Shown one piece after another: positions 12,500 through 25,098 of a DNA stretch of 64,000 bases. Source of the DNA: Haliotis rubra (lineage: Eukaryota). The position numbers were made by a program, and so were the translations under genes. Below the pieces are notes generated by a model. That model was not told the DNA's origin, did not search any database, and saw only the letters and a list, made by a program, of their open reading frames with translations. The stretch is taken from NCBI RefSeq assembly GCF_003918875.1, contig NW_025766988.1, positions 124,001-188,000 on the forward strand, given 5' to 3'. Position 1 is the first letter of the stretch. Every line of letters starts with the position of its first letter.

Positions 12500-12690
12500 T
12501 ACACGTGGATTGGTTGGTCAGTGACTGACACATGGATTGGTTTGTCAGTGGCTGACATGTGGATTGGTTGGTCAGTGGCTTACGTGTGGATTGGTTGGTC
12601 AGTGGCTGACGTGTGGATTGGTTTGTCAGTGTATTACAATGACATTGGGATAGGGTGACCACTGACACGGCCATTGGTTCGTCAGTGACT
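12500..12690. repeat. 27-bp minisatellite (GTGGATTGGTTGGTCAGTGGCTGACGT), about 5 copies, each with a CCAAT box
   Basis: Tandem periodicity; degenerate mirrored counterpart at ~33150-33290. Confidence 0.85.
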
Positions 12691-13531
12691 GACCCTGTTA
12701 TTGTACGTGCCTGTTATACCTAGATTTCCTGCTGCAATAGTTCCCATCAAAACTAGGATTTTAGTTGCTGTGGCTTCTATATATATATATATATTTAGAA
12801 AATTGAAGTCATGATAATAGCTCGACTTTAGTTCCAAATGCAAGGGGAACGAACATAGGGATGCGAAAATATCCCTTGAGTATCGAGCGACGGTGATGTT
12901 TGGAAAATGCCCAACTAATTATATCAGACGAGCTTGGCGGTCATTAGGAGCTTCCGTGGCTCACCGGCAACCTGATCCGCCATTGCGACTTCAAAAACCA
13001 ACATGATTAAGGAACGAGAACGCCCTGCTTTGATTTGTTTACTGCTGCATCAGCCAGTTTGAGTAACTTGCCACGCCAACGACGCCCAACCTGTGAAAAC
13101 CGCCACAGGATAACGGTAGTTTGTAAACGGGATTTTGACATTGAAATGTTTAACACAACAAGGTGTAATTGCACCATGTCTGGTAGACATCAATCCTTGT
13201 CGTCCAGGAATGTAGACTATCTTGTTCTGTTCCCACAATCGTGTATTATAACACGTTTGGGGTAATAACCTCACAGGATATACAGTGGAGGGGAGGGGAA
13301 ATTTACTTCCGTAATATATTTGATCTGTCGGCTCAATGCATGTATAATCCGACCATTTAGTGGACACAAAATTTCTGGTTTTATCTGAAATTCTTGTTTG
13401 CAAATTAAAATCTTCATAATTTGACAATTTCGTTTTCCACTGCTCCAATCTAGATCCCTGTAAACCAAGCAGACAAATATAACTGAAGGTTATATACTTG
13501 TGTATAAAACCCTATACCACTCCTATATCTC

Positions 13532-14715
13532 CTGTATATCCCGGGGACAGAGTGGCCAGCATCTGTATATCCCGGGGACAGAGCGGCCAGCATCTGTATA
13601 TCCCTGGGACAGAGTGGCCAGCATCTGTATATCCCGGGGACAGAGTGGCTAGCATCTGTATATCCCGGGGACATAGTGGCTAGCATCTGTATATCCCGGG
13701 GACAGAGAGGTTAGCATCTGTATATCCCGGGGACAGAGTGGCCAGCATCTGTATATCCCGGGGACAGAGCGGCCAGCATCTGTATATCCCGGGGACAGAG
13801 CGGCCAGCATCTGTATATCCTGGGACAGAGCGGCCAGCATCCTCAGTATATCCCGGGGACAGAGCGGCCAGCATCTGTATATCCTGGGACAGAGCGGCTA
13901 GCATCTGTATATCCTGGGACAGAGTGGCCAGCATCTGTATATCCTGGGGACAGAGTGGCCAGCATCTGTATATCCTGGGTTAGCATCTGTATATCCTGGG
14001 ACAGAGTGGCCAGCATCTGTATATCCAGGGGACAGAGTGGGGCCAGCATCTGTATATCCTGGGACAGAGCGGCCAGCATCTGTATATCCAGGGACAGAGC
14101 TGCTAGCATCTGTATATCCTGGGCAGAGTGGCTAGCATCTGTATATCCTGGGACAGAGCTGCTAGCATCTGTATATCCTGGGACAGAGCGGCTAGCATCT
14201 GTATATCCTGGGACAGAGTGGCCAGCATCTGTATATCCTGGGACAGAGCGGCCAGCATCTGTATATCCCGGGATCAGAGCGGCTAGCATCTGTATATCCC
14301 TGGGGACAGAGTGGCCAGCATCTGTATATCCGGGGACAGAGTGGCTAGCAACTGTATATCCGGGGACAGAGTGGCCAGCATCTGTATATCCCGGGGACAG
14401 AGAGGCCAGCATCTGTATATCCCGGGGACAGAGCGGCTAGCATCTGTATATCCGGGGACAGAGTGGCCAGCATCTGTATATCCCGGGGACAGAGTGGCCA
14501 GCATCTGTATATCCCGGGGACAGAGTGGCCAGCATCTGTATATCCCGGGGACAGAGTGGCCAGCATCTGTATATCTGGGACAGAGGGAGCATCAGATATC
14601 CCTGGGCAGAGTGGCATCTGTATATCCCGGGGACAGAGTGGCCAGCATCTGTATATCCCGGGGACAGAGGGGCTAGCATCTGTATATCCCGGGGACAGAG
14701 CGGCTAGCATCTGTA
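13532..14715. repeat. 31-bp satellite (CCGGGGACAGAGTGGCCAGCATCTGTATATC), left arm
   Basis: About 38 tandem units; source of many spurious ORFs. Confidence 0.97.
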
Positions 14716-15475
14716 AATTGCTGGTTCGCTTGATGCCCTTCTAAGGGGGTTGATCGGTGGTCATGCACTCAGACACTGGTTTGTAGTAGTCCAGACTCGA
14801 CTATATTTATAGGTCTCCCTGATTATACCACGGAACGGCGTCAAATAACATTCAATCAGCTAATTTTTTCGGATACTTTTCTTTGCCATGAAACTTTTAT
14901 CCATTGTTGTTAATGTGAGAAATAAAATGTTAGATTAGCAGTTTAGAAGTTTTTGAGTAACAAATCATGGCAAAAGATTACCCAAAATATAACTTGTGGA
15001 TAAAGTATTATTCAAAGAAAACTCAGTTGGATACTTTGGGGAGGCGGATTCAAATTTGACACTTCATTTGACATATTGTGGAGAAGCTCGATTGTTCTGG
15101 AAGATAATTCTCTACCTACACACGAAGCTATTATAGTATTGTTACTTGAAGATGTAAGAGGAAATGAGATACAGCGATGCTTTTTTTCGGAGAGATCACT
15201 GGCATAAATATAGAAATTGTTCAGGGGAGTGTAATTAAGTGGCAAACAAAACCATAGAGGTCGAGAAAAAAACACTCTGTAATTTAAGATTTGTGCATTT
15301 TCTTTATGGTAAATAAACAAGTGTAAGTAGAAAGGCCATCACTTATAAGAGAATATTATACAGCTTTTGGAGAAAAGTGGGTGTGTGTGGGGGTGGTGCA
15401 CACTATTGAGAAAAGGAGGGGTGCACACTTCATATTGACCCGAGTTTCAATGGTCATTTAACAAACTTCCAACAC

Positions 15476-15615
15476 NNNNNNNNNNNNNNNNNNNNNNNNN
15501 NNNNNNNNNNNNNNNNNNNNNNNNNNNNNNNNNNNNNNNNNNNNNNNNNNNNNNNNNNNNNNNNNNNNNNNNNNNNNNNNNNNNNNNNNNNNNNNNNNNN
15601 NNNNNNNNNNNNNNN
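15476..15615. other. assembly gap (140 N)
   Basis: N run followed by a short (GATC)n tract. Confidence 1.
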
Positions 15616-16249
15616 TCGATCGATCGATCGATCCGCCTATGAAAATGACGAAGTGCTACGATCGTTTTGTGGATATGGTTCCAAGCTGATAGACGATGCC
15701 TGTTAGGAGAAACCTTCTGGTTCTATAAATAGTTGAGTCTGGACGAAACAAACCAGGATGTTACGAACAAATCTCCGTGCATTGAAGGCACGCAATCAAC
15801 CATGTCGTGGAGGTTTACTATAACAGGTAGTCCAATTTTGTCACGATGTACGGCCAGCATGGGTCCCTGGGACCTATCACAGAGGAGTGATAATGGAACG
15901 TAGCAACTTATCTTGATTCTAAATATTATCGTTATATAACATTGATATGACAGGTAAAGATCCAGGTTAGAGTTGGTCTTTAGTCAGCCCGTGCATCTTA
16001 AAGGCGACTAACGAGATCACTGGATTGCCTGGTCCAGACTCGATTATTTACAGACCGCCGCCACATAGCTGGAATATTGCTGAGTGCGGCGTTAGACAAC
16101 AACAAATACCACATAGATAAGACCTGTTTTCATCATTAGTTTTAGCTGACGGACAAAAGAAAGTATACACCTATGTTTCGTGGAGGCTGAAAACAGAACA
16201 AACCAAGAAGTGGTTACTCGTGGCATGTATTTGATATGTTATGCATTAG

Positions 16250-16490
16250 AGTGAGTGTGAGTGAGTGACTTTAGTTGTACGCCGCACTCAGCAATATTCC
16301 AGCTATACGGCAGCGGTCTGTAAATAATCGATTCTGGACCAGACAATCCAGTGATCAACAGCATGAGCATCGATCTACGCAATTGGGAACCGATGACATG
16401 TGTCAACCAAGTCAGCGAGCCTGACCACCCGACCCCGTTAGTCGCCTCTTACGACAAGCATGGGTTACAGAAGGCACATTCTAACCCGGT
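16250..16490 (-). mobile_element. SINE family B
   Basis: Consensus match with (ACTC)n tail. Confidence 0.88.
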
Positions 16491-17918
16491 CGTTATGCTT
16501 GGGATAGGGGATAGATATCACAGGTGACATCACATGCTTTGGATTAATGAGTATCTCACAACATATACTAGTACTAACGTTTTGATAACGTTTTTAACTG
16601 TATGATCAAATTCAACTTTAAAGTGCTTTACTGTCTTTTGAGACACATATTTTTACATTACAATTCTAACAGGTTTTTAAGCGTTTTCCCGTAATTTATG
16701 TATGGACTTGTACTTTTAAAAATTTTAAGCCTCGCATGTGAATGACGCAAAAGTGAAAAACGTAACATTTTTATTAAAATCGTAGATTAGATTGTGTATT
16801 TTTCCCAGAAAGGTTGTACAGCGACAAGTAAATGTCATTGCAATCATTATAAGATATTTCTGAATATGGTTTTTGAAGACAGTGTCATTTGGTATATTCT
16901 TTTTTATATTACTGATACGATTCCAGATATTCAGATGCCATAAACCTACTCCAAGATCTTTACGACGTGATATAAATGTTAAAGTGTATGGACTTTACTT
17001 CCTAAACCTTTGCGGGGGAAATATAGGCTGAAAGTTAACCTTCACAACCTACTGCCCTGAACGAGTTAGTAAATTGTGTTTTTCTCAACATAAGAGTTGA
17101 GGTTAAGACAAGAAAACATTAGGGGAGGAAAAATTGACATGCTTCAACAAATACATGATATTCCGAAATGTGAGAGACTGTGGACAAATTCCTTACCAAA
17201 AACATGAACCATGGCAGCATGGTAAAACAGAGAAACGTCCAAGAAATTCCACAACATAGAAATATATACGTGTTTATTTCTATATCCACTGGCACCAGCC
17301 TGCGTTGTTGTAATCGGAGAGGCATCTATTTGATACATGTACAAATATAGGCGACCTCTGCACAGGCGATGACGAGAGCTGACAGGATTTTGACACTCGT
17401 TTGTGGATATTTTGGCAGGAGATTGGCGGTGGTTGCAATCAGTCCTGAAAAACCGGAACAGATTGGTGATTAACTCATACACGAGAATCTAGCCTCAACA
17501 AGGATCCTTCAACACTGCTCGAGTTTAGTTTCAAACACCGAAAAGGGTGTGTACGTTGCCGTCATTTGACCACTGATGAAAAGTCATTATTTGTAGTCTG
17601 AAAAAAACCAAAACATTCAATTATACATTAGAACCAGTACGCCATATACCTCATACACTTGGGATGTTCACTGTAGAAACATATCAAACCATATTTGCTG
17701 TTTTTTCATTTGATGTGTCATAGCTGAATGACCGACCTCGTACGTGTAATGCGCATGTGCATTTTCGCGATACACAATGGTGACTGGTCGATCAAAGCCA
17801 TATGACGTCACAGTGTTAATTGCTAAGAACAATACACTTTGACGTCCCGATGATTGCATGACGTCATCCGAACAATAGACTGCCTTCATTAAAGTTTCTC
17901 TGTATGGGGTTTTATCGG

Positions 17919-18481
17919 GTTACGTCGTCAGCTGAGATGACGTCATTCAAATCATATTGTGACGTAAAGTCCGAATGTCGTCACAAATGAGCTGTTCTAG
18001 ATGCTACCATGGGTGACAGCCGAAACGGCCGGCTGATGACATTTCACTGCTGTACCCGTACTCTATGTCAATGAGTGCAGACAGAAAAACGTGTGTGGAC
18101 CTTTTGGTTTACTTTTGTGTTTACAATGTCGATACACATCATGTGTTGGCCAATTTCCGGGTGTTATTGAGTATTTGAAGCACGGGAATATTTCATTTGA
18201 CGCCGTCGGTTCCAAATGAATTCCCGTGCTTCAAATACTCAATAACACCCGGAAATTCGCCAACACATGATGTTTATCTCCTAAAAGTAAACCGAAAGGT
18301 CCACACACGTTTTTTGTGTCTGCTCTCATTGACATCGAGTACGAATACAGCAGTGAAATGTCATCAGCCGGCCGTTTCGGCTGTCTCCCATGGTAGCATC
18401 TGGAACTGCTCATTTGTGACGTCATTCGGGACTTTACGTCACAATATGATTTTAATGACGTCATCACAGCTGACGACGTAA
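17919..18481. mobile_element. ~560-bp foldback element (near-perfect palindrome centred ~18205)
   Basis: TTACGTCGTCAGCTG...CAGCTGACGACGTAA, arms ~275 bp. No full copy seen in the right arm of the large palindrome. Confidence 0.85.
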
Positions 18482-19067
18482 CAATACAATGGTGTGAGCG
18501 ATGTTTGTATGTATTAATACGCAGAGAATTTCCGGGAATCAAATACCATTTGATCACGTTTTTCAACCAATCAGATTAAAGAACACAGTGACTTTTGGTT
18601 TACAATCCATATTGTCTTCATTTTCTCCCGTAAGTGGCAATGTGTAATAGAGTCAAACACCGGTGTCTGGAAGTTGAAGGGACATACTTAATATTTCGAG
18701 TTATCCTAACTTCGGGACAACTGCAAAATGATAATTAATTAGTTCTTTTTAAGGTGAGGTCAAATAGCCTCTTGATAGGTAAAATCTGCTGCAAGGCTAT
18801 GTTGTTTATCGGCCAGCATTTCACGGGGAGTTGAAAACCAGACATGGAATTCGTGTGAACAAACTTGTGGGCGAGGTCTACTCAAGGCGAGCTGGTTATC
18901 GAGGCTATCAAATGACGGGACTTAGCGACGTGACTGGTCGAGATTGTGCTCCTAATAGTCACGTTACACTTCATCTTCTAATCAAAACAAGAGAGGGATG
19001 TGTTGGATAGTTTTGATATCCAAGAAGTGGTTACTCGTGGCATGTATTTGATATGTTATGCATTAGA

Positions 19068-19497
19068 GTGAGTGTGAGTGAGTGAGTTTTGTACGCCGCA
19101 CTCAGCAATATTCCAGCTATATGGCGGTAGTCTGTAAATAATCGATTCTGGACCAGACAATCCAGTGATCAACAGCATCAGCATCGATCTGCGCAATTTG
19201 GGAACCGATGACATGAGTCAACCAAGTCAGCGAGCCTGACCACCCGATCCCCTTAGTCGCCTCTTACGACAAGCATGGGTTACTGAAGACCAATTCTAAC
19301 CCGGACCTTCAGGGGTATACACAGCATGGACTGTTCATAGTGACTACATATGTATAGTCATCGGTTCCCAATTGCGTAGTTCGATGCTCATGCTGTTGAT
19401 CACTGGATTGTCTGGTCCAGACTCGATTATTTACAGACTATCGCCATATAGCTGGAATATTGCTGAGTGCGGCGTAAAACTAAACTCACTCACTCAC
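19068..19497. mobile_element. two family B SINEs in inverted orientation
   Basis: 19068-19315 on minus; 5'-truncated 19358-19497 on plus. Confidence 0.85.
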
Positions 19498-20030
19498 GTA
19501 TATATTACCTCCTTAAACTATATCCCTTCTATGTGCTCTCAACCAAAGATTCATAAACTAAGGTTCATAATAACTGGGCCATACATACCCTCCACAAGGA
19601 CCTTATAAATACACTGTACATATACACTTGATACAGCTGAAGACCTCTGACTTTGTTGGAATACATGCAGACAAAGACGCATTGTGATATGAATAGAAGT
19701 GTGATAAGAATTTTTTTTATTAATGTTACATTCAATAAATATTCATCCTTATTGTCGTAGCCCCCAGAGCGCCTTTTAAAAAGGGGCCCAGGACAATATG
19801 CTAATGTTGGTGAAAGTGTCTTTGTAGAGTCAGCTTGCTGTCAGATTTGCGTTCCTAAGTCCCGCCTGGATGTACTGGGTGTGGGTTCCAACCCCCGAAT
19901 TTCTTTCCTGGTAGTCATTGGTCTGACAGCACCATTACGTGTTTGTAAATGGATTACCTGTGAATTGTTTTACGTCTGAAATCTGAATTCATCTTATGCT
20001 TCTTCTTATTCCAGAATAGGAAAGAATCAT

Positions 20031-20350
20031 TTGTCAACAGGTATTTATCAGACACGAGTGTCAGAGGGTGTTGCACTCCCTCCGCACCCCCGGAGTTTAA
20101 TTCACAACCATCATTCTCCGGCAGTCATCATGTTCTGAGGCCCGAAGGCCACAGGTAAGATGTTACAATACCTGATGACAATTACACTCAGCCATGCAAC
20201 GTTGTGTAATGGAAATGGAAAATTGAAATAATAAGGCCATAATCATTTGTATATACACATTCAATAAATGAGTTAAACTATTCTTACAACTGATTGGTCA
20301 CTAAAAGTGATGACGTCATATAGTTCCATTGTTGAGAACAATGTGGAACA
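20031..20350 (-). ncRNA. candidate structured ncRNA cassette, copy 1 (leader plus ~150-nt core)
   Basis: CRE 20311-20318, CCAAT 20293-20297, TATATA 20250-20255. Core 20031-20181 is closed by a 15-bp stem and contains a c(UUCG)g hairpin. Confidence 0.5.
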
Positions 20351-20819
20351 CTTTATCCAATGTTAACGACGTTTCAAATCAACATGCATTTTGTAATCAG
20401 AACAATATTTGGCGTTTGTGAAACCACCCTTTCATGCAGTTTATAAATTTTCGTTTTGCTAGTTTTTAACTAAAAAAATTAGTAATGCATTAAATGGCAT
20501 ACCTTCATTATACTAAACGGAATGACTCATTATCTGTCCCTCGGCAATCAATGCCATAGGTTACACTCTCAGAGTTTCGCGTGTAAAATCATTCGTTCTA
20601 CAGAATGGAATCTATTTTCTGATTTGCCTGATTGACATCAAGTAAAGTGTTTTTCACAGGAACTCTTGTAAGTAATGACGTCATGCTATTTCAGTGCAGA
20701 CGACCTTAGTAATATGACGTCACATTGTGCCCCTATCGTTAAAAAGTGACGACTAAATCAATTTATCCCAAACTGGCACAATGACATTATTTCTAGTCCG
20801 AAGGGAATTTACTATCAGC

Positions 20820-21180
20820 ACCTGAAACCATTTCCTAATTTTGATGTATATCTCCTCCTTCCAAAACGTATTTCCTAACTATTATTGAGATTTAGAACAT
20901 GTAACTATAGTTTACCTATTGAGACCGGCCGCTGGTATAATATTCCAAGGGACGAGAGAACGTGTCAACTATGCACTTCTAGAAGCATCGCAGATGAATA
21001 CCATTATAATTTTCATTGCAAAGCATTAGATACTTTGAGAAAACAATATTTACCCACCCATCTACTTTCTCTTCCCAATGAAACAAAGTTCACGAAAATA
21101 TTATCTTTAAAAACTTCTCGAGATATAGTAAATCTATCAAAATATATCCTACATCTATCATCTCTTGTCAGAAAAAATGT
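20820..21180 (+). mobile_element. LINE ORF2 C-terminal fragment (CR1/L2-group-like)
   Basis: RFRTCNYSLPIETGRWYNIPRDERTCQLC...ADEYHYNFHC, a typical LINE C-terminal CCHC region. Confidence 0.8.
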
Positions 21181-21604
21181 TGATATGTTGTTTTCTGCCA
21201 TCTTGAATTTAAATTTATATGTGTATATATGTTTACAATATATGCTCTTGTACCACCAAGGTGGTTATGAGAATAAAGAATTGGATTTCAGGGTGATGAT
21301 CCAGTGATGTAAGGAAATGCAAGTTGCTGTGTAGAAAGAGATATGTGTTCCAAGCTCCCGCCTGGATGTACTGGGTGGGTTCGAATCCCTGATTCGCTTT
21401 CCTGATGGTCATTTGTCTGACAACATCAATACAGTGTCTGTGGCATTCACCAAACAAAATCTACCAACTGTTGCACGTCCTAAATATTTTGCTGATTCTA
21501 ACCTTATCCTAATACCTCTCGTGACATAACTTATCAAACGTTTCAGAAAATCTGAATCCATGACATGTTTCTACTTCTCATATTCCAGAACAGGAAACAA
21601 TCAT

Positions 21605-21920
21605 TTGTCACCAGGTATTAATCAGACACGAGTGTCAGAGGGTGTTGCACTCCCTCCGCACCCCCGGAGTTTAAATCACAACCATCATTCTCCGGCGGTC
21701 ATCATGTTCTGAGGCCCGAAGGCCACAGGTAAGATATTACAATACCTGATGACAATTTTACTTAGCCATTTAACGTTGTGTAATGGAAATGGAAATTGAA
21801 ATAATAAGGCTATAATTATTTGCATATACACATTTAATGAACGAGTTTAACTAATTCCAAAGCTGATTGGTCACTAGAAGTGATGACGTCATATAGTTCC
21901 ATTGTTGAGGAACAATGTGG
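21605..21920 (-). ncRNA. candidate structured ncRNA cassette, copy 2
   Basis: Core 21605-21755 nearly identical to copy 1; CRE 21884-21891, CCAAT 21866-21870. Confidence 0.5.
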
Positions 21921-22162
21921 AAAAATATTTTCCATTGTCAAATCAATATGCGTTTGTAATCAGACCAATATTTGTCTTTTAATTGCTATAAGCAGATCCT
22001 GTTCTGTTGTTGAGAACAATGTGGTACATGTCAACTATTGTTCGTGATGTCTCAAATTGATAGTGTTATGTCTCCAGACCAATATTTGGCGTCTGTAAAG
22101 TGATTTTGTTGGGTTTAATGTTCTGGTCGGGGTTTTTTTCATCGTCAGGTTTATACTGGCAT

Positions 22163-22412
22163 GACCCGCGAAGATCCGGGCTGGAATCGGTCTTCAGTAA
22201 CCCATGTTTGTCGTAAGAGGCGTCTAACGGGATCGGGTGGTCAGGCTCACTGACTCGGTTGACACATGTCATCGTATCCTATTTGTGTAGATCGATGCTC
22301 ATGCTGTTGATCACTGGATTGTCTGGTCCAGACTCGATTATTTACAGACCGCCGCCATGTAGCTTGGGTATTGTTGAGTGCGGCGTAAAAATAAACTCAC
22401 TCACTCACTCAC
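22163..22412 (+). mobile_element. SINE family B
   Basis: Full-length consensus match. Confidence 0.88.
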
Positions 22413-24231
22413 ACTCATACTGGCATGTTGTGAGTACTTCGTATCTCTGGCTAAAACAGCAGGAACACGCCACCCATTCTTTATCTCTGCAGCCAGTTAA
22501 TTCTCTTTTCCTGTCGTACCTTGTCGATTGTTCATAAAATGCAAAATTAATTTTGGATATTCCTAAAGTTGATATCATTAAAAATATCTATATGAAGCTG
22601 GGTTGTTCGTATTTATGCAGACCATTAAAGTATACGGAAAGACTTGGTTTGTTTATAGTTTAAAACTACATCCAGCAATATTTCAGTTAAAAGGCAACTG
22701 TGAGTCAGACAATCCAGTTGTTGAACCCATGGAGGACAAAGTCCCAGTGTTCAGCTTTAAGCATTGTTTCAGTCATTTAACGACTGGTCTATTTTACATG
22801 GTAGGAAGACAGAAATATCATTCAGTGTCGACCGCTATCATGGACGGTGCTGAGGGTCATAATTAGAAAGACTTGATTCAACGGTCAGCGGATCATGATG
22901 CGCCAATAGGAAACAAACAAACAGAAACAATATGGACAATTATCCGTCAATAGAGCGTGTTTCAAGCCAACAAACCACATTGGATAATTTTCACATTACT
23001 TCAGACCACAATGTAAACCAGTCACTATGTAAGCGTAGGCTACACAGTGAAACAAATATTGGAGCAAACTCGAATTGAAAGTCTAAGTCTGTGACGTCTA
23101 CTTCTTATCAAAAAGTAATTTCACAGAAACTCCCCGCAATATGACTCACTAAATATCCTGTATGTATATTTCCTTATTGTAAATTCATGATTTCCTTGTG
23201 CAATCTTGTCTCAATATCTGTCGTTAACTGCACAGAAGAACGGAACCATGTACCAGGACGTGGTAGGCGATTGGTATCGCCACATACGTCACACATCAGC
23301 AAAACGTGATATTTGATATAGGAATGCGCGATTCAATGTCTAAACCGAAATTCATCATAAAGTGTTAAGGAAACTACATATGCCTTGCATACGGCTGGGT
23401 TTTGTGTTGTCCTTATACAGGGTAGGGATGCGCAATGTAACCAGTTTACCAGTATTTACTGGTTCAGACATGAAGACGATACGCTTTGCGATACGCTGAT
23501 AAAACGATATTTTGACATGCATTGGGTAAACTTTGTAATACTCGGAAATCACCGGATATTTCTTTGTTTCATTTGTACCAAATATTATTTTCATTTTTAT
23601 TTCGTCATGATTAAAAGTTTTTATTAACGCTTAATCAAGTTTAGTGATTGTGTTGTGTTTTTGCTTTTATAAATCAAGCATTAACTCGATTATAAGTAGT
23701 TTTTTTGTGTTAAAAAACGCTTCTTGCAAGGTATTGCAATACACATCGCAATATATGCTTTCGCATCGCATTATATCGCAATATGAAAATTATCTGCAAT
23801 ACCCACCCCTAGTACAGGGCATAGTAGGTGTTATACTGAATATCACTAGGGTTGCCCTAACGACTAGTTGTCAAAATCGAAGCTGCGGAACAGCAATTAA
23901 TATTCCCAAGATCACTTTTCAAATCGAACAGTACATGCACTTGACGTGCACACAGGGACATTCTTTCTAACTAAAGTTAGAGATGTGGTGACCTCATTAA
24001 CTCCGGTTCTCACTTTTCAACAGTCGAACGCACATCGTGTTAATGAAGATGTGCATGCGGTTATTGACATTTGAGTAACACTCATAAATAAAGGTTCTTG
24101 GGAACATTAATTTGTTGACAAAAATGTTTTCCGGTCGAGATATGATTCATGCGACTGAAAGATGACCTCCACCCAATAGAACTGCGTGGAGGAAGGAGGA
24201 TGGTCTACGGTAGTGTGTAGCAGATAAACAC

Positions 24232-24465
24232 CAGGGCCCTTATTCTCGAAACGTTCGTAGCCCTAAGAATTCTTAACTCTGATCGTAGCCAATGTGTTAA
24301 GAATGGGCTTAAGAAGTTCGTAGGGCTACGAACGTTTCGAGAATATCTAGCCAGGGCCTAGATTTTCGAAGCTCTCTTAGCGCTAAGATAGTCGTAAGTT
24401 AGTGTTAATGTATGACACTTACGATTCTCCTAGCGCTAAGAGAGCTTCGAAAATCTAGGCCCTGG
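24232..24465. mobile_element. two adjacent ~115-bp palindromic MITEs
   Basis: TTCTCGAAACGTTCGTAGCCCTA and its reverse complement; CCAGGGCCTAGATTTTCGAAGCTCTCTTAGCGCTA and its reverse complement. The second family recurs at 45672. Confidence 0.85.
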
Positions 24466-24737
24466 TGTACTTGTCAGAGAAATTACGCCTATGTCAGCAT
24501 TTCAGATATATCCTGGTGTGTGGGAGGATAGGGGTTTGGGATGGGAGGGAGACAGAGAGAGCTAGAAAGAGAATGAGAGTGACATAACATTATCAGTTTG
24601 AGTCATCGTGAACAAGAGTTGACGTGTACCACATTGTTCTCAACAATGGGACAGGATCTGCTCATCGCAAAGGTCAAATATTGGACTGATTTCAAACGTA
24701 CGGTGATTTGATACGTCGTTTACAATGGACCACGTGA

Positions 24738-25052
24738 CCACATTGTTCTCATAAATGGAACAGTATGACCAATCTGTTTTCGTGACCAGTCAGTTTTAGG
24801 AATTGTTAAACTTTTTCATTAAATGTGTATACTCAAATAATTATGGCCTTTTAACTTCAGTTTTCCATTTCCATTACACAACGTTGCATAGCTATGTATA
24901 ATTGTCATCAGGTATTGTAACATCTTACCTGTGGCCTTCGGGCCTCAGAACATGATGACTACCGGAGAATGATGGTTGTGAATTAAACTCCGGGGGTGCG
25001 GAGGGAGTGCAACACCCTCTGACACTCGTGTCTGAAAAATACCTGATGACAA
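24738..25052 (+). ncRNA. candidate structured ncRNA cassette, copy 3
   Basis: Core 24902-25052 with a perfect 15-bp closing stem TTGTCATCAGGTATT/AATACCTGATGACAA. Confidence 0.5.
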
Positions 25053-25098
25053 ACGATGGATTTATTTGTCTGAAATATCATGAAACAGGAATATTATT

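Larger units (their letters stand above)
12480..22072. repeat. left arm of a ~21-kb imperfect inverted duplication
   Basis: Blocks reverse-complement to 24581-33290 in mirror order (see findings). Confidence 0.92.

Noticed and set aside
13450-14744. Many overlapping ORFs, and a CRISPR-like look, in the 31-bp arrays (also 30167-32386)
   Set aside because: Pure head-to-tail satellite with no unique spacers and no cas genes; the ORFs are repeat translations.
15616-15633. (GATC)n tract next to the gap
   Set aside because: Contig-edge sequence; could be a microsatellite or a scaffolding artefact, so not interpretable.
17119-17482. ORFs shared by both arms (also 28006-28236)
   Set aside because: Lengths and starts differ between arms and there is no recognisable domain; the similarity just reflects the duplication.
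18800-18930. TSP1-like peptide WNSCEQTCGRG present in both arms
   Set aside because: No start codon or clear splice sites, an early stop in the left copy and no clear synonymous bias; probably chance.
20015-20154. Cassette core read as a plus-strand coding exon (ttccag...CAG|GTAAG, open frame NRKESFVNRY...)
   Set aside because: Copy 2 has an in-frame TAA, copy 3 has a different acceptor phase and copy 4 has indels. A non-coding exon is not excluded.
20028-20220. Hammerhead-like CTGATGA-stem-GAAA on the plus strand of cassette copy 1
   Set aside because: The NUH site is not adjacent to stem I, stem II begins C-G rather than R-Y, and CTGATGA is absent in copy 4.
24915-25015. Resemblance of the core to the U1 5' end (CTTACCTG), miR-8-5p (CATCTTACC), twister ribozyme or box C/D snoRNA
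   Set aside because: Only short motif matches. No Sm site, pre-miRNA hairpin or twister L4 consensus, and the ATGATGA box is missing in copy 4.
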